Below, piece by piece: positions 12,441-26,082 of a DNA stretch of 64,000 bases (positions are counted from its first letter, which is position 1; each line of letters opens with the position of its first letter). The DNA lies in assembly GCA_964016885.1 (NCBI GenBank), contig OZ024743.1, forward strand, positions 67,952,001 to 68,016,000, written 5' to 3'. The translations under genes were made by a program, and so were the position numbers. Origin of the DNA: Eledone cirrhosa. Lineage: Eukaryota. The notes under the pieces are model-generated. The model searched no databases. It saw only the letters and a list, made by a program, of their open reading frames with translations, and was not told where the DNA came from.

Positions 12441-14965
12441 GAAATGCAAATTCTGTCAAAAGGAGTGAAGTTCACACCGACTCCAACAGTCAACCACCAA
12501 GAACTGAAGGAGATACCCAATAATTCTGTCGAAAATTCCGACTTGTAGAATTCTTCGCTGATAAAATTAATGAGAGTGATGAATCACTAGTAAAGAATAA
12601 ATCAAATTTCACTCCGCCAAAAGGAAGAAATATCTATCTCGACCAATACATTGACATATTGTCTAAATTTTCTCTTAGACGTAATACTTATGTTAGGCCA
12701 AACATTAACAAATCAGAAATGTCAGCACTTAAATTTATACAAAATGATAAAACAATAATAATTAAACAAGCAGATAAATGGGGTGCATTTGTTATACTGG
12801 ATGCTGAATACTACAAAGATTTGGTTGAGGAACAACTGAAAGACACAACATTCTATCATGAAATACCGTAAAATATAGAACACAACATCATGAAGAAGAT
12901 CAACAACCTGGCTTCAAAATACCACAACTCACTTACTGATAAGGAAAGAGATTACATCACCAATTTTGAACAAAAACCCAGCAAAATGTATGGCCTAAAG
13001 AAAGTTCATAAGTCAAAAGAAATCCAACTAGCAGTAAAAGAACAAAACAGTGAGTACATTAAATTACTACACCCAAAAGACTTAAAACGTAGACCTATTA
13101 TAGCTGGTCCAACATGCCCTACTCACCGTCCTAAGCAATTTTGTTGACATTATTTTGAAACCGCTATGTATTCACATACCCAGTTTCATCCGGGATGATA
13201 TCGACTTCCTGTCCCATCTTCCCAAAACCAAGGAAACGAATTCACTTCTACTTAGTTTTGATGTGGTAAGCCTTTTCACCAACATTACACAGGATTTAGG
13301 AATAAAGGCGGTTAAATACTGGGTGGAAAAACATAGAGAAGTGATTCCCACCAGATTCACAGCGCCATTTATATTAGACGCAGTCAAATTTATTCTGGAA
13401 AACAACAATTTCTTCTTCAATAGAAAAAATTATATCCAAATTAGGCACGGCGATGGGAACGAAGTTTGCTCCCGTTTACGCCAACTCTGTAATGGGATAC
13501 TTAGAACAACAAATCTACCAAGAAATAGAGGAAAAATATAGCACTAACTTTAGAAAGTACATTGAAAAGTATTGGAAGAGATATCTTGACGACTGTTTCA
13601 TCATCTGGACAGAATCTCTAGATACTCAGGATGAGTTCAATATCCCCCTGAATAACCTACACCCAACTCTCCAATTCACAAAAGAGATGACTAGTACCAA
13701 ATTACCATTCCTAGATATAATGGTAATCAAAAACGGCACCACCATTACCACGGATATATATTATAAACACACAGACACCCATCAATATCTGAACTGTAAG
13801 TCGTGCCATCCACCTCATACAAAATGCAACATCTCATACTGCCTAGCCAGAAGAATTTGTACCATTGTAGAAGATACGAATACCAGTAACAAACGCCTAA
13901 CAGAACTGAGAGAATTTTTGCTCAAACAAAAATACCCATCTCTACTTATAGAAAATGGCATACAGCGGGCTATAACATTTTTTATACAACTTAGGACAAC
14001 CCAAGGTAGTAGAAACCAAGAACTGGTCATACCATTTATAATGACACACAACCCATGTCACCAGAATATCTTCAACACTGCCAAAGCAAACCTAACGACC
14101 ATTGCTCAAAGTAATGAATTAAAAGGCTTAATCACAAACCGATCTTTGACTCTTAGTAAAAGACAGCCGAAAAATTTGAAGCAATTACTAACAAAAGAAA
14201 AATTTGACCTTAACAACAAAGACCAATCATTCACTGTATCTAAATGCAATGATAGTCGACGAGACCCAAATGTCCGTCAGTTACCCCTGAGTAACCATCT
14301 AGAAACATTTGGTCAGTAAATATTTATAATATTTCCATTCTACAAATTACAGGGCCCAATTGAAATCAAGAGAAAAATCAAAGAAAATAATTTTATTGAT
14401 AAATTGCAACCAAAGCTAAATGAACAATAATAATGGGGTATTACTCCTACTATGAATATGACTAAGACCATGCCATGTCGACTACCACCACTAACAAGAA
14501 CAACTACAATAATAATAATAAAAGTGAAGTTGATGGTGATGATTACTAGAAAATTCTATTTTCAACATTTCTAAAAATAGTAATCAATTGATGCTTTGGA
14601 TAGGGTCAAATAGAAATCGTTAGACATGCTCAACCAACTGTGACGCCTAAACCAATCAGCTTTAGTAATCCAGTGAAACTACATACCGATTGGTCGAAAT
14701 ACTGTTTGCAAAGTTAGCATTCTGTAGCCATTTTTCACTGTATATAAGGCACAAAATTTACCCATCTCATTACAGTTGAAAATTGCAAACCTGACTGTCA
14801 CCACAGAATATGAACCTGAAGATTGCGAAAGCATGAAAGTACTTGTTCAATTAACACTTAACATTTAATATTCTACCATACCATTTCATTCTAATACCAT
14901 TATGATTTGAAAGGATTGTAAATAAAACGAGTAAGTCAGACAAAGTTGGAATTCCTTTTATTAAT
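12441..14965 (+). mobile_element. Neptune-like PLE, 5'-truncated, RT pseudogene, GIY-YIG core deleted
   Basis: Motifs LSKGVKFTPTP, IIKQADK, RPIIAG, SFDVVSLFTNI, MGTKFAPVYAN, WKRYLDD, LPFLD and YYKHTDTHQYL lie across ORFs 12659-14319, with stops and frameshifts. Confidence 0.92.
14811..14849 (+). ncRNA. Minimal type I hammerhead ribozyme in PLE pLTR
   Basis: tgaac-CTGAAGA-t tgc gaaa gca t-GAAA-gtac-TT-gttca, with a GNRA loop 2. Confidence 0.8.
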
Positions 14966-14979
14966 ATATATATATATAG

Positions 14980-16110
14980 TAATAAAAATAAATTTGAAGA
15001 CTAAAATCCAAAGAGGGCTCGATAAGGATAAATATATATCAAATATATATAACCGTAGATCAAATATTTATTAAAATAACAGATTAAAGTTTAAGCAAAG
15101 AATCACTGCTTTCACCCTTAACGGGATCTTCTGAAACTAACAAAGTCAATCTGTAAACGCAGAAGTGGATATTTCAAAAACGTTGCAACCGGAGGAAGAC
15201 GGGAAGACGATACTTTGGTTCGTGGAAACGTTCCCTTCACAAAACATACATTCTACAATTTTTAATAGAAATACTATTAAAATTTCTTACTCTACGACTC
15301 GTAACCTTGCACATATCAACGCAGCTTCAAATTTGGCTAAACTACCTAGCTGTATGAACATGTGCAATCCTGTAGTTAGTACTAAGCGTAATTGTAGGAA
15401 TCGGGTTGATTGCCCCCTATCCGGGAAATGCCTCTCTAGTAACATTGTCTACAAATGTAAGGTTGAAACACCCACGTCCCGTAGGGCCTACATAGAGTTA
15501 ACTGCCAATAGATTCAAGCAGCGTCTCTACATGCATACCCATTCTTTTCGTTACCCTCTAAGAAGGAATATGACGTCAATTTCAGCTTATATCTGTAGTC
15601 TAAAAGACAATCACGCCCAACATAAGTTACACTGTGAGATCCTAGCTAGGGCTAGATCGTATAACGGAAATAAAAGACCATGTGACCTCTGCGCAGCTGA
15701 GGCCCTGGAAATACTCTACGCCACAGACCACATCTTAAACAAAAAATCTGAGGCTATTTCGGCTTGTAAACATAAATTGCATAAAACTTTCCTGTATTAC
15801 AGCCCCACATTATACCCTAATGGATAGTACGATCTATACGTGGATATTTTAAGTCTTGATGTGGTAGCTAAGTATATGTTATGTTTATACCATTACTTAT
15901 TTGCATAGGTAAGTATATATTACCAGTATGTTTTGTGAAGGGAACGTTTCCACGAACCAAAGTATCGTCTACCTGTCTTCCTCAGGTTGAAACGTTTTTT
16001 GAAATATCCACTTCTGCGTTCACAGATTGACTTTGTTAGTTTCAGAAGATCCCGTTATGGGTAAAAGCAGCGATTCTTTGCTTAAACTTTAATCTGTTAT
16101 TTTAATAAAT
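14980..16110 (+). mobile_element. PLE 3' fragment (GIY-YIG) bracketed by inverted terminal repeats
   Basis: ORF 15165-15827: IFNRNTIKISYS..NCRNRVDCPLSGKCL..IVYKCKV..AYI..FKQRLYMH..CDLCAAE..LNKKSE..CKH. 15067-15232 is inverted at 15942-16108. Related pieces at 5225-5480 and 57050-57300. Confidence 0.8.
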
Positions 16111-16250
16111 ATATATATATATACATATATATATATATGTATATATATATATATTTATATATGTATAATGGAGGAAGTGTGGTAGGGAAACAGGTGGACC
16201 ATAACGCACCAGAGTACTCAACACTTTGCGTAGTAGAGTGGGTAATAGGA

Positions 16251-16357
16251 AAAATGTTCAAGACCCCGACGGCAGAGTTCAAGCCGTTTCGACTGCTATT
16301 TCTGGACTGAAATACCCGACGAAACAGCTTGAGCTCTGCCGTCGGGGTCTTGAACAT

Positions 16358-16360
<3 letters not shown>
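16251..16360. repeat. GC-rich fold-back, 41-bp arms with 2 mismatches, 28-nt loop
   Basis: aaaatgttcaagaccccgacggcagagttcaagccgtttcg pairs with cgaaacagcttgagctctgccgtcggggtcttgaacatttt. Confidence 0.9.
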
Positions 16361-16392
<32 letters not shown>

Positions 16393-16407
<15 letters not shown>

Positions 16408-16615
16408 ATTATTAGAAAGTGAGGTTTTTTTACAAAAGGTAAGATAACCGAGGTGTCCTACACGAGTGAATGTATAAAGAAAAAAAGATGAAATCGAAAA
16501 TGAAACTACAGTCTTATTTTTTTAAATATATATATATTTATTTGGTTCCTTTACCGGTTTCGCAGTTCTTCTGCTTTTCAAAAGTAGAGTTGAGATGGGG
16601 GGCCTGTGGTTCTTC
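16393..16615 (+). repeat. Dispersed 220-bp TA-anchored repeat; reverse copy at 42852-43055
   Basis: Shared accgaggtgtcctacacgagtgaa...ggttcctttaccggtttcgcagttcttc. Confidence 0.8.
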
Positions 16616-16669
16616 TCACATCTCACATATATATCTATATAACATTAAATATTATAACATTAACCCTTG

Positions 16670-16965
16670 TCTTCTGAGTTCAAATCCCGCCGAGGTTAAC
16701 TTTGCCTTTCATCCTTACGGGGTCGATAAAATAAAGTACCAGTAATGCACTGAATAATTGCTGGCCTTGTGCCAATATTAGAAAAAATTATATTATAACA
16801 TTAAATATTATAACAATAAATATTATAACATTAACCCTTGCCATTCTTAGTTCAAATCGCGCCGAGGTTAACTTTGCCTTTCTTCCTTACGGGGTCGATG
16901 AAATAAAGTACCAGTAATGCACTGGGTAATTGCTGACCTTGTGCCAAATGTAGAAACAATTATAT
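16670..16965 (+). mobile_element. Two tandem tRNA-derived SINE copies
   Basis: gttcaaatc(c/g)cgccgaggttaactttgccttt..ggggtcgat..aagtaccagtaatgcactg occurs twice. Confidence 0.8.
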
Positions 16966-17546
16966 TATAACATTAAATCATGAAAGTTTTTAACACTACA
17001 AGTGAAGTCATTCTTTTCCTTTATAACAAATATACCAAACTGCACATTTTCCAATATATATATATATATATAAGTATATATATATATAAAGGAACAAAGA
17101 ATCAGTGTTGCATCATATACATATATATATATATGTGTGTGTGCGTGGGTGTGTTATTTGTTTCCGTAGAAATGTTAAAGGACAGACGAGTACTCCATGT
17201 ATAGTACAGAGCTATACAATTACATAATAAACAACACAATATAATTATTCCATTACCAAATGTTTTAAGAAAAAAGACGATAGACGATCGTTACACAAAT
17301 ATCCAGCTCGTTCATCAGATGAAATAGTTATGTTTTGGATATAAGATTTTTAATTGATTTCTATTAAAAATGATAGGGAGGCTGAGTTAAATATCAAATT
17401 ATAACTGAAAATATTATATATATTATATATACTAGCAGAAAAATCACTCGTACGCAGTCTCTCTCTATATATACACACATTTAAATACACATACATGCAC
17501 ACAAACACACACACACACATCCACACACACACACGCACACACACAC

Positions 17547-17615
<69 letters not shown>

Positions 17616-17617
17616 TA

Positions 17618-18070
<453 letters not shown>

Positions 18071-18073
<3 letters not shown>

Positions 18074-18688
18074 GTAAACGGAATAGAAAATGGTGACAAA
18101 TTGTTCACAGTTGAAAAATGGTTTAATTAGGAATAAAAGAGTATTAGTGATTGTATGGGTTAGTATTCAGTTGTGGTTTTAAGTTTTTAAGTTTTTACCG
18201 GTTGCACATTTCTAAATGCTTTTCAAAAATAATTTTGAGATAGAGTGTCCGTGCTGTTTGCTCTGATCTGATTAGTTTTGGCAATTCTACCTGTTTTTAT
18301 GTAAAAAAAGTGGCTCCAGCGTTATTCTTGTGTTGCAAAAATTCTTGTGGTCAAAACAATTTTGATTGGTCGGTAGAGGTCATGTGAATGTAAAAAGTTG
18401 ATTTTGCGCCAAGACTGTTTTTATGTTAAAAAAGTGGCTCCAGCAAAAAATATTGGTCAAAACAATTTTTATTGGTCGGTAGAGGTCATGTGAATAAAAA
18501 ATTGGTTTTGCGCCAAGATTGAGAAATGACTCTTTCACAACAAATATGTGTGTGTGTGTGTGTATGTGTGTGTGTGTGTGTGTCTGTGTATGTGTGTGTG
18601 TGTGTGTGTGTAGTAGTAGTAGTAGTAGTAAGGTGTTCGATGCTGCGACAATGGCCAGCAGCGATGTGTGTCAAATGGCTATTAAGAT

Positions 18689-18731
<43 letters not shown>

Positions 18732-18812
18732 GGAGAGTGATTCGTGGTGGCAGGGATGGTCAGTAAGAATGTGTCTGAAAGCAATGGGGTGTATTTTAGC
18801 ATGTCAAAAGAT

Positions 18813-18874
<62 letters not shown>

Positions 18875-19016
18875 ATAGCAGAGTAATTTGTGGTGGCAGG
18901 GATGGTCAGTAAGAATGTCAAAAGATATTTTTCAGCTTTTGTCTTATACGGAGAAGTGCGTGTGTGTGTGTGTATATAAGTCTCTTTGTATGTTGATGTA
19001 CGCGTGTGTATGTGTT

Positions 19017-19065
<49 letters not shown>

Positions 19066-19955
19066 ACCAGTATTTTTTCCCCCTGGTAAAATGGTGTACA
19101 TTATTCGATTTTTTCAGTAAAATCGGTTCTCTTAATAGAACATCAAAAATCTTAACAATAAAAGGTGTGAAATGATATTCACTATATATATATATATATA
19201 TATACACACACATACATATATTCACTACATATATATATATATATATATACATATATACATACACATATATGCACATATATTTTTTTTGTATTGCACCATA
19301 GAGCATGTGTGTTTACGTGTGTCATTGTGTTTATATGTGGGTAGAGATGTGTGCTGATGTAGGTATGTATGTTGACGTGTGTATGTTGTGGGTTCGTCTT
19401 AGGGAGAAGTGTTTAGACGGGGTCCGTATTTGTTAATGAAGTAAGATTCCTTGCTGATGCGCTGGGTGTGGGTGGCATTATCTTTAAATTTGTAGAGGGG
19501 AAAGATTCTGAAGTTGGGATGATTTTGGGCGGCACAGGTATCAATGTGTTCACTCAGTGGTATTTTCCTGTATTCCCGTATTTTAATTTGGGATCTATGG
19601 ACAGTCATGCGTTGGCGGAGGCTGTATTTGGTCTGGCCTATGTACCGTTCTCGACAATCTGAACAAGTTAATACATATATTAGATTTTCCGATGCACATG
19701 TGAAATTGTGTTTTACTATAAAACGTTGCCATCTTTGAAATAGAATTCCGAACCCTCTATAAGGTTGATGCAAATGCCACAGTTGGGTCTATCGCATTTT
19801 TTTACTGTGGGTTTCGTTGTTGTGGTTGGCAGTACTTTGGCATGTGTTAAGATGTTTTTCATTGACTTGGATTGTCTTTTGCTCTTTATGATATCGTGTG
19901 TTCGTAGAATTTGGTTCATTCTATGGTCCTTTTTCAATACAGGGATGTTCTGGGG
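18071..19955 (-). mobile_element. 3' fragment of a Neptune-like PLE (Cys-linker, GIY-YIG, long microsatellite-rich 3' UTR)
   Basis: KKCDRPNCGIC (19716-19937), then frameshifted NFTCASENLIYVLTCSDCRERYIGQT..LRQRMTVH..ESYFINKYGPRLN (19399-19773). Other copies at 37795-39097 and 61000-61953. Confidence 0.88.
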
Positions 19956-19959
19956 GATT

Positions 19960-20651
19960 TATTGTGTCTGTTATCGGACCCTCTACATGTATCTATGTAT
20001 ATCTTGAATCTAGTTTCCCTCCAACGAATCCTTATAAAAACACCTTACTCAAAAACTACTACTATGTACTAACATGCTCTCACCAATTTACTTGTTTATC
20101 TCTTTATATTTTCCATTCTCTCTTTTTCTTACTTTTTAATGTACCCTATCTTATATTTTACTTTTACCTTTTACATCTGTAACTTCTCTACCTATTTACC
20201 ATACTTGCATTATTATTGATGTTATTGTTTTGATTATACGGTATTTTATTATTGATGTTATTGTTTTAATTATACGCTATTTTTCTATATAAGTCTTGTC
20301 TCGAGTGAATTACTTTCATATCTACGTACTCTGATGTGTTGACCAGGGGTGAATAATCTACTGGAGTCGAATAACGCAATCTCAAGCGATTAGCGAACTC
20401 TAGACCCACATGATCAATGAAACAATATTGTCAGTACTTTAAATAAAGCACTTATTGTACAGACAACCATGTTAATCTTCATTCTTTAACTATTATTACT
20501 CCAAGTATAACCTGCATAGAAATTGCTGCGAACTCGCTGCATAACTATGGAAGCATCTTGTTGAGTCAAAAAAAGCCGTACGTTAAAACTTTCCACGACG
20601 CAGAGCATTCACAACGTCTAACTGGATTACCTATAACGATACCTTGTTATC

Positions 20652-20655
<4 letters not shown>
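19960..20655 (+). repeat. PLE-type 3' UTR/pLTR family, also at 36110-37757
   Basis: High similarity to 37265-37757. Ends in (TA)n and contains an HHR variant. Confidence 0.75.
20326..20437 (+). ncRNA. Hammerhead-like motif with CUGAUGU core and enlarged stem II
   Basis: gtact-CTGATGT-gttga..(about 70 nt)..tcaat-GAAA-caatattg-TC-agtac. Copies at 37588-37702 (+) and about 36190-36287 (-). Confidence 0.6.
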
Positions 20656-20688
<33 letters not shown>

Positions 20689-20842
20689 ATAAAAAACATA
20701 AGATAATTAATTCATTTACCAATGGTTTCTTGAAGACAGAAATGTAAGAGCACTCTTTTCCATTACTTTTCTTAGGGATATACTTCATTATATATATATA
20801 TATATAATATATTTATATATATATATATTTATATATATATAT

Positions 20843-20909
<67 letters not shown>

Positions 20910-21837
20910 TTGAGAAAAATGACAGGAGGCTGGACTGGTGAAATTCCTTAAAGGTTTATTATAAATACTATGCCCATTTCAATGAGCGGTTCTGAAACCG
21001 GTGACATTATCAGGTGTTACGAAATTCATCTACTAACGGAATATAATAATGGTACACAAAATCCAAGGGGCTGAAAAGTAGAGAGAAATTTTTAAGACCT
21101 GAAGGCGGCTAGAGCCAGCAGTTGCCAGCCTGGGTGACCAGTTCTATTCAGTGGTGAACCAACCAACCTATATATATATATATATGTATGATGTCCAAAA
21201 AAGTTCTATAGGCATGTAATATATATTAGAATTTTTTGGGGACTCCCTGTATATATATACGTTGGCCTTCTTTACGACTCCAATTTGTCAGAAATCAGAA
21301 GTTAATTCAAAACACGATGTTTAAGGATAATTCAACTTGCCTTTCGATTCTGCTAACAGAGGGCACCATTTGCTATTTATGTTATACAATATGCATAGAT
21401 TACTGAAATGGCCATCCTAATTTGCATAGCGACTTTTCGTTTGTCAAAATAGTTAATTGATAAACAAAATTATATAGGCACTCCATTGCTTATATTAGAA
21501 TATTTAACGATTTTAAAGACCACACAGCCGCGGGGACTCCGTGGGCTATAATTCTAACAAACTTTATACGGAGAAAATATTCATAGTAAGGAAGGGTATA
21601 ATATATATTTAAATATATATATTTAAATATAGATAGATATTTGATGGGGAACTCAAGTTCCCCAGCGATAAATTTATTATACGAAAAATCAGTTTCGAGT
21701 GGCTTACATATAATTGTCTGTCTGTCCCTCGCAGAAATTATATGAACTTATGTTTTTGTTTCATTTTCGTAAGTGTAATATTTTATATATAGAATAATAC
21801 AAAGCGAGTGAGGGATGGATGAATAGAGATATAGATT

Positions 21838-24800
21838 AATTTTTATTTATTAGCCACAAGAGCACAAAAGAAGGGGACAAATACAAATGGGGAATTTACA
21901 TACAGGTATATGAAAATAAAACTATTAATACAATAACAAATAACAATTGAAATCCCCAATAGGGGGGAGGTGTTATGAGAGAGGGCATCCCTGTCGGATG
22001 GATCGCGTGATATGGAACGGCTCCGAGAGGTAACTGTTCACCTTGACCCTTGAGCAGATGTTGCTGCTGTGTATTGCAGCAATCCAGCCCGTGAACACGT
22101 GTCCGAAGTCTGCCGCCTCGAGCACCGCATCCAGATAACGATGGTCTATCGAAAGCCTTAGTCTGATCTAAATTGATCAGGTCCCCACCGAAGCCGGGTT
22201 TACACCCTACCCTCTCTATGATGTATCGCATGAGGTGGGGTTGTCGTGTATGGACCAGGTCTGGATTGCGCATGTCTGCGCTTCTCCCACCAGGTTTTCG
22301 ACGACAAGCGCCAGCCTCTTTGCCAACACTTTGGCCAAAATCTGTAACTCTGTGTTGAGCAGTGTTATGGGCCGGAAGTTGCCTATGCCATCTCCCTTGT
22401 TCTTGTCCTTCCTGACTAACGTGATTACGCCCTTTGTCACATAACTGGGAATTCTCCCGTTCTGCTACCAGTTGCAGTAGACCGCTTCCAGGAGACCGGA
22501 GAACAAGTCCGGCATTGCTACGTAGAATTCGTAGGGTAGACCGTAGAGACCTGGAGATGTGCGTTTGCCGCATTGGCTCAGCGCGTTCCCTATCACAGCT
22601 GCCGAAATCGGCCTTTCGCAGAACTTCGCCTCGCTGTCCGAGAGTCGCGGTAGGCCGTCGAAGTATGAACCGAAATCCATAGCCCCTCCCGGCGCACCAC
22701 CCTGCCCGAACAGATGAGCAAAGTGCCGCTGAAAGGCCGCGCACATTTGCTTCGGCTCACGTATCACGCGTCCGTCTTGGTCCTTCAAAGACCGAATCCG
22801 GGACTTGTTGCCACTTTTCGCCTTCGTCACTCCGGCCCAGCTAATAGCTTTGGCAACCTCGTTTTCCAGAGCACGTATTTTGCTTCTGACAACGCAGCCT
22901 TCATGCTTTGCATCGAAGAACTGGTCCAAGGCCGTTCTCGTCGCTAGCACGCTGGGTACGGTGCCACTCCTAAGTGCCTCTTCTACTTTCCTTTTCGGTC
23001 TTATTTCTATCTAACACTAATTCTTTACTAAAACCTATCGAGTCTAATCTAACTGCCCTCTTGAGAGAGTACCACCATCTGTTGTTGACAATGGCCCCCG
23101 TCAAGTGCTTCTTAACTAAAGTGCTAATCCGTCTAATGTAGGCTTTGCATGTCGGTAATGACAAGTTCAGCTTCCAGTAGCCGGGTCCCTGTCTATGGGT
23201 TTTGTCAAGGTTGACTAAGCAGGTCACTAATTTGTGATCTGAATAGGCAACCATGAATATTTGTGGACAGCTTAACATGTCCCTATCCTTCTTTGTAACT
23301 AGAACTTTATCTAGGTACGATCTAGATGTTGCGCGAGGTTAGTCCACGTCCACAGTGGCACAGTGGGAAAATCTAGTCGATATCTATCAGCCAGGTCAAA
23401 TCAGCCGATTAACTGTTTGAGGCTTTTACACCCCTCTATCGGGACATGCTCCCCACATAATCCCAACGTGCATCTAGGATTCCATTCCAGTCCCCCACCA
23501 ACAGCAGGGAGCGGGTCGTTCCCAGAAAATCTCTAGACGTTTGAAGAAGTCTGGCCGCGGTGTTCCGGATGGGGCATATGCGGCCACCAGCCTGAAGGCT
23601 CCACCTTCACTACCGTCAACGTGTAGGACCACCAGTCGACCCTCCGTGTCCAGATATACCGTCTGTGTTACGAGGTCCAGGTGTTTCCGCAGCAAAACGG
23701 CAACCCCACCCCCACCTCCCGGCTGACAGAGAGATGCGTACATCTCAAACTCGTCGAAGATGGGGGCCAGTTGTCTGTCGCTGTGGATCCTGGACTCTCA
23801 AACTGCATCCATGCTGTTCGACCTGCGGTCGTTTAAGAGTTTGTCCTGTTTCCAGAGCATCCCCAGGCCGCGTAACACATCCAACTCTTATATTTTCCAT
23901 GTTGGTGCTGAAAATTTAAAAGAAGAAAAGAAATCACTCACCCCTTCGTCTCCTGGGGATCAGGTTGCACAATTTCCATGGGGGTGACGGAGGGGTTGTT
24001 TGGTGGTGTGCTGGTCTCTGGAGGGGTGGGGACAGATATGTTTGGTGGGGAGGGGGTGTCTGGTGGGATGGGGGTGGGGGTGGGGAAACGTTTTAACAGG
24101 ACTCGATTGTAGGGTTTGACGCAGGAGTTACCTACGTCGTTAGGAAATTGTTCTTATAACTGTTTATGTGTGTCCATGGAGGTCCTAATCATTTTAAGAT
24201 TAGGATTCTCCAGAGAGTGTGTAAAAGTTTTCCCTTCGGTCTCCACCGAAGGGTTTTTATATATGGTGTCTGTTAAAGTTTTATTGTTAGTATTTATGTA
24301 GGTGTAACATTTTTGTTGTGTTGGGTTGCTTTCTGTCTGTGGTTCTTGTGTGTGTTTACGTTTTGTAGTAGGTGTTTTGTTTTCATGAGGGGTGTTTTTG
24401 TTTGTGCTGTTTGCGTCGCTTGTGTTGGTGTTTGTGTGTTTGTTGCATCTTTGTTTGTGTTATGTCTTTTCTTTTTTCTTTTTACTGGTCGGAAAGGCTC
24501 TCCCTCATCGTCACTGGGCGACGTTGATGAGGCCTCATCCGTGTTGTTGGGGAAGGGTATATTTTGCGGTGCTGTTATGTGTGTGGGTGTTTCTGGAGTT
24601 GTTTTAGGTGGGGAGTGGTAGGGTGGGACTGTGTTTGTCGTTTGTTTTGTTGTCACTATTTTTTTATGTTGTTGTTGTTGTGGTGGTGGTGGTGGTGATT
24701 GTTGTGCTGGTGTTGCAGGTGTTGGCAATAGTACCTTTTTTTGGCTAGTTAGCCGAGGACAGGAAGCTCTCAGGTGACCCCTGCTTGAGCAGTGGTAACT

Positions 24801-25165
24801 TGAGGGCCGCCTACCCTCGACCGAAATGTTTATGTATATAAGCCCATCCAGCAATACACGTTCCGGGATCCTAGCTATTCGTTCTGGTGTCATTTGGAGC
24901 AGAACTTCCAGGCTGGATTCCGCTGAACAGGTCGCCGGGGGACTTACCTATCGATATTATATAGTCGTGGTTTAAAAATCCACATAGAACCCACCAAATA
25001 TCAATATTTGGTGTGATACTTTGGATTTTTATTTTCTGTGTCCTTTTCCCCATGTAAGCGGGGAAAAAAGGTGAACAGCGGTGACACAATTGGCGACACA
25101 GAATATTTCTGTGCCGTCAATTGGTCTTTCATTAGAATGGATAAACTCCCGTAGCGTCTACCCTT
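21838..25165 (-). mobile_element. Decayed Tx1-like LINE: 5'-truncated in ORF1, frameshifted ORF2, internal deletion after the QGCPLS motif
   Basis: ORF pieces 24294-24893, 23474-23743, 22970-23278, 22465-22950 and 22216-22440 align to the intact element. The RT jumps to the 3' UTR near 21976. Confidence 0.92.
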
Positions 25166-25221
25166 CTGAAGATAGATTGACAGATAAATAGATAGTCTGA
25201 CATTCTGACAGACAGTATATA

Positions 25222-25323
<102 letters not shown>

Positions 25324-25453
25324 AGAGAAAGAGAGAGAGAAAGAGAGACAGTGGGAGAGAGAGACAGAGAAAATGAGAGAGAGAGAGAGAGAGAGACAGT
25401 GAGGACAGAGAAAACCAGATACATAATATTGTAGATAGATACATGGACAAAGA

Positions 25454-25543
<90 letters not shown>

Positions 25544-26036
25544 AAAAGAGAAAGAGAGAGAGAGTGAGCGAGAGAGGGGGGAGAGAGACAGAGAAAATGA
25601 GAGAGAGAGTGAGAGAGAGAGAGAGAGGGGGAGAGAGACAGAGAAAATGAGAGAAAGAGAGAGAGAGAGAGAGTTATTTAGCAATTCTGTCAATCCACAG
25701 CCTCTGTAGTTGTAATTATTCTTTCAATATCTGTAAAAGTTTGAAATATTAGATTGACCTCGGTAGGATCTGAACTGCGAATGTAGTGAGCCGGAAGAAA
25801 TATTGAAGCATTTAATCCGATGCCCTTAACGACGCAGAGATTGTCAGGGCATAATTTTATGTAACTGACTAGCAGAGTCCAATGTACGAAAATAGGCCTT
25901 CGAAAACCTGAAAGGATACGGCTAATTAGAAGTTACAATTATAAACCCTTAATGGAAGAGTAAAATTGTAAAACATTCCAGGTGTTTAGCCTAAAGGAAA
26001 AGTGGTAAGGAACCAGATGGACCATAACGCACAAAA

Positions 26037-26067
<31 letters not shown>

Positions 26068-26082
26068 CTGTATATATATATA

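Noticed and set aside
12441-14319. Selenocysteine read-through (Naiad-type PLE)
   Set aside because: Interruptions are frameshifts and mixed stops, GIY-YIG is C-terminal, and no SECIS was recognised.
15100-15145. CAGAAGA-tccc gttaa gggt-GAAA motif (also at about 5360 and 16042)
   Set aside because: U4A core and no clear stem I or III. Possibly a decayed HHR, but unsupported.
17281-17325. Minus-strand CTGATGA..GTAA-cgatcg-TC
   Set aside because: GAAA is mutated and stem I is absent, so it is at best a dead HHR.
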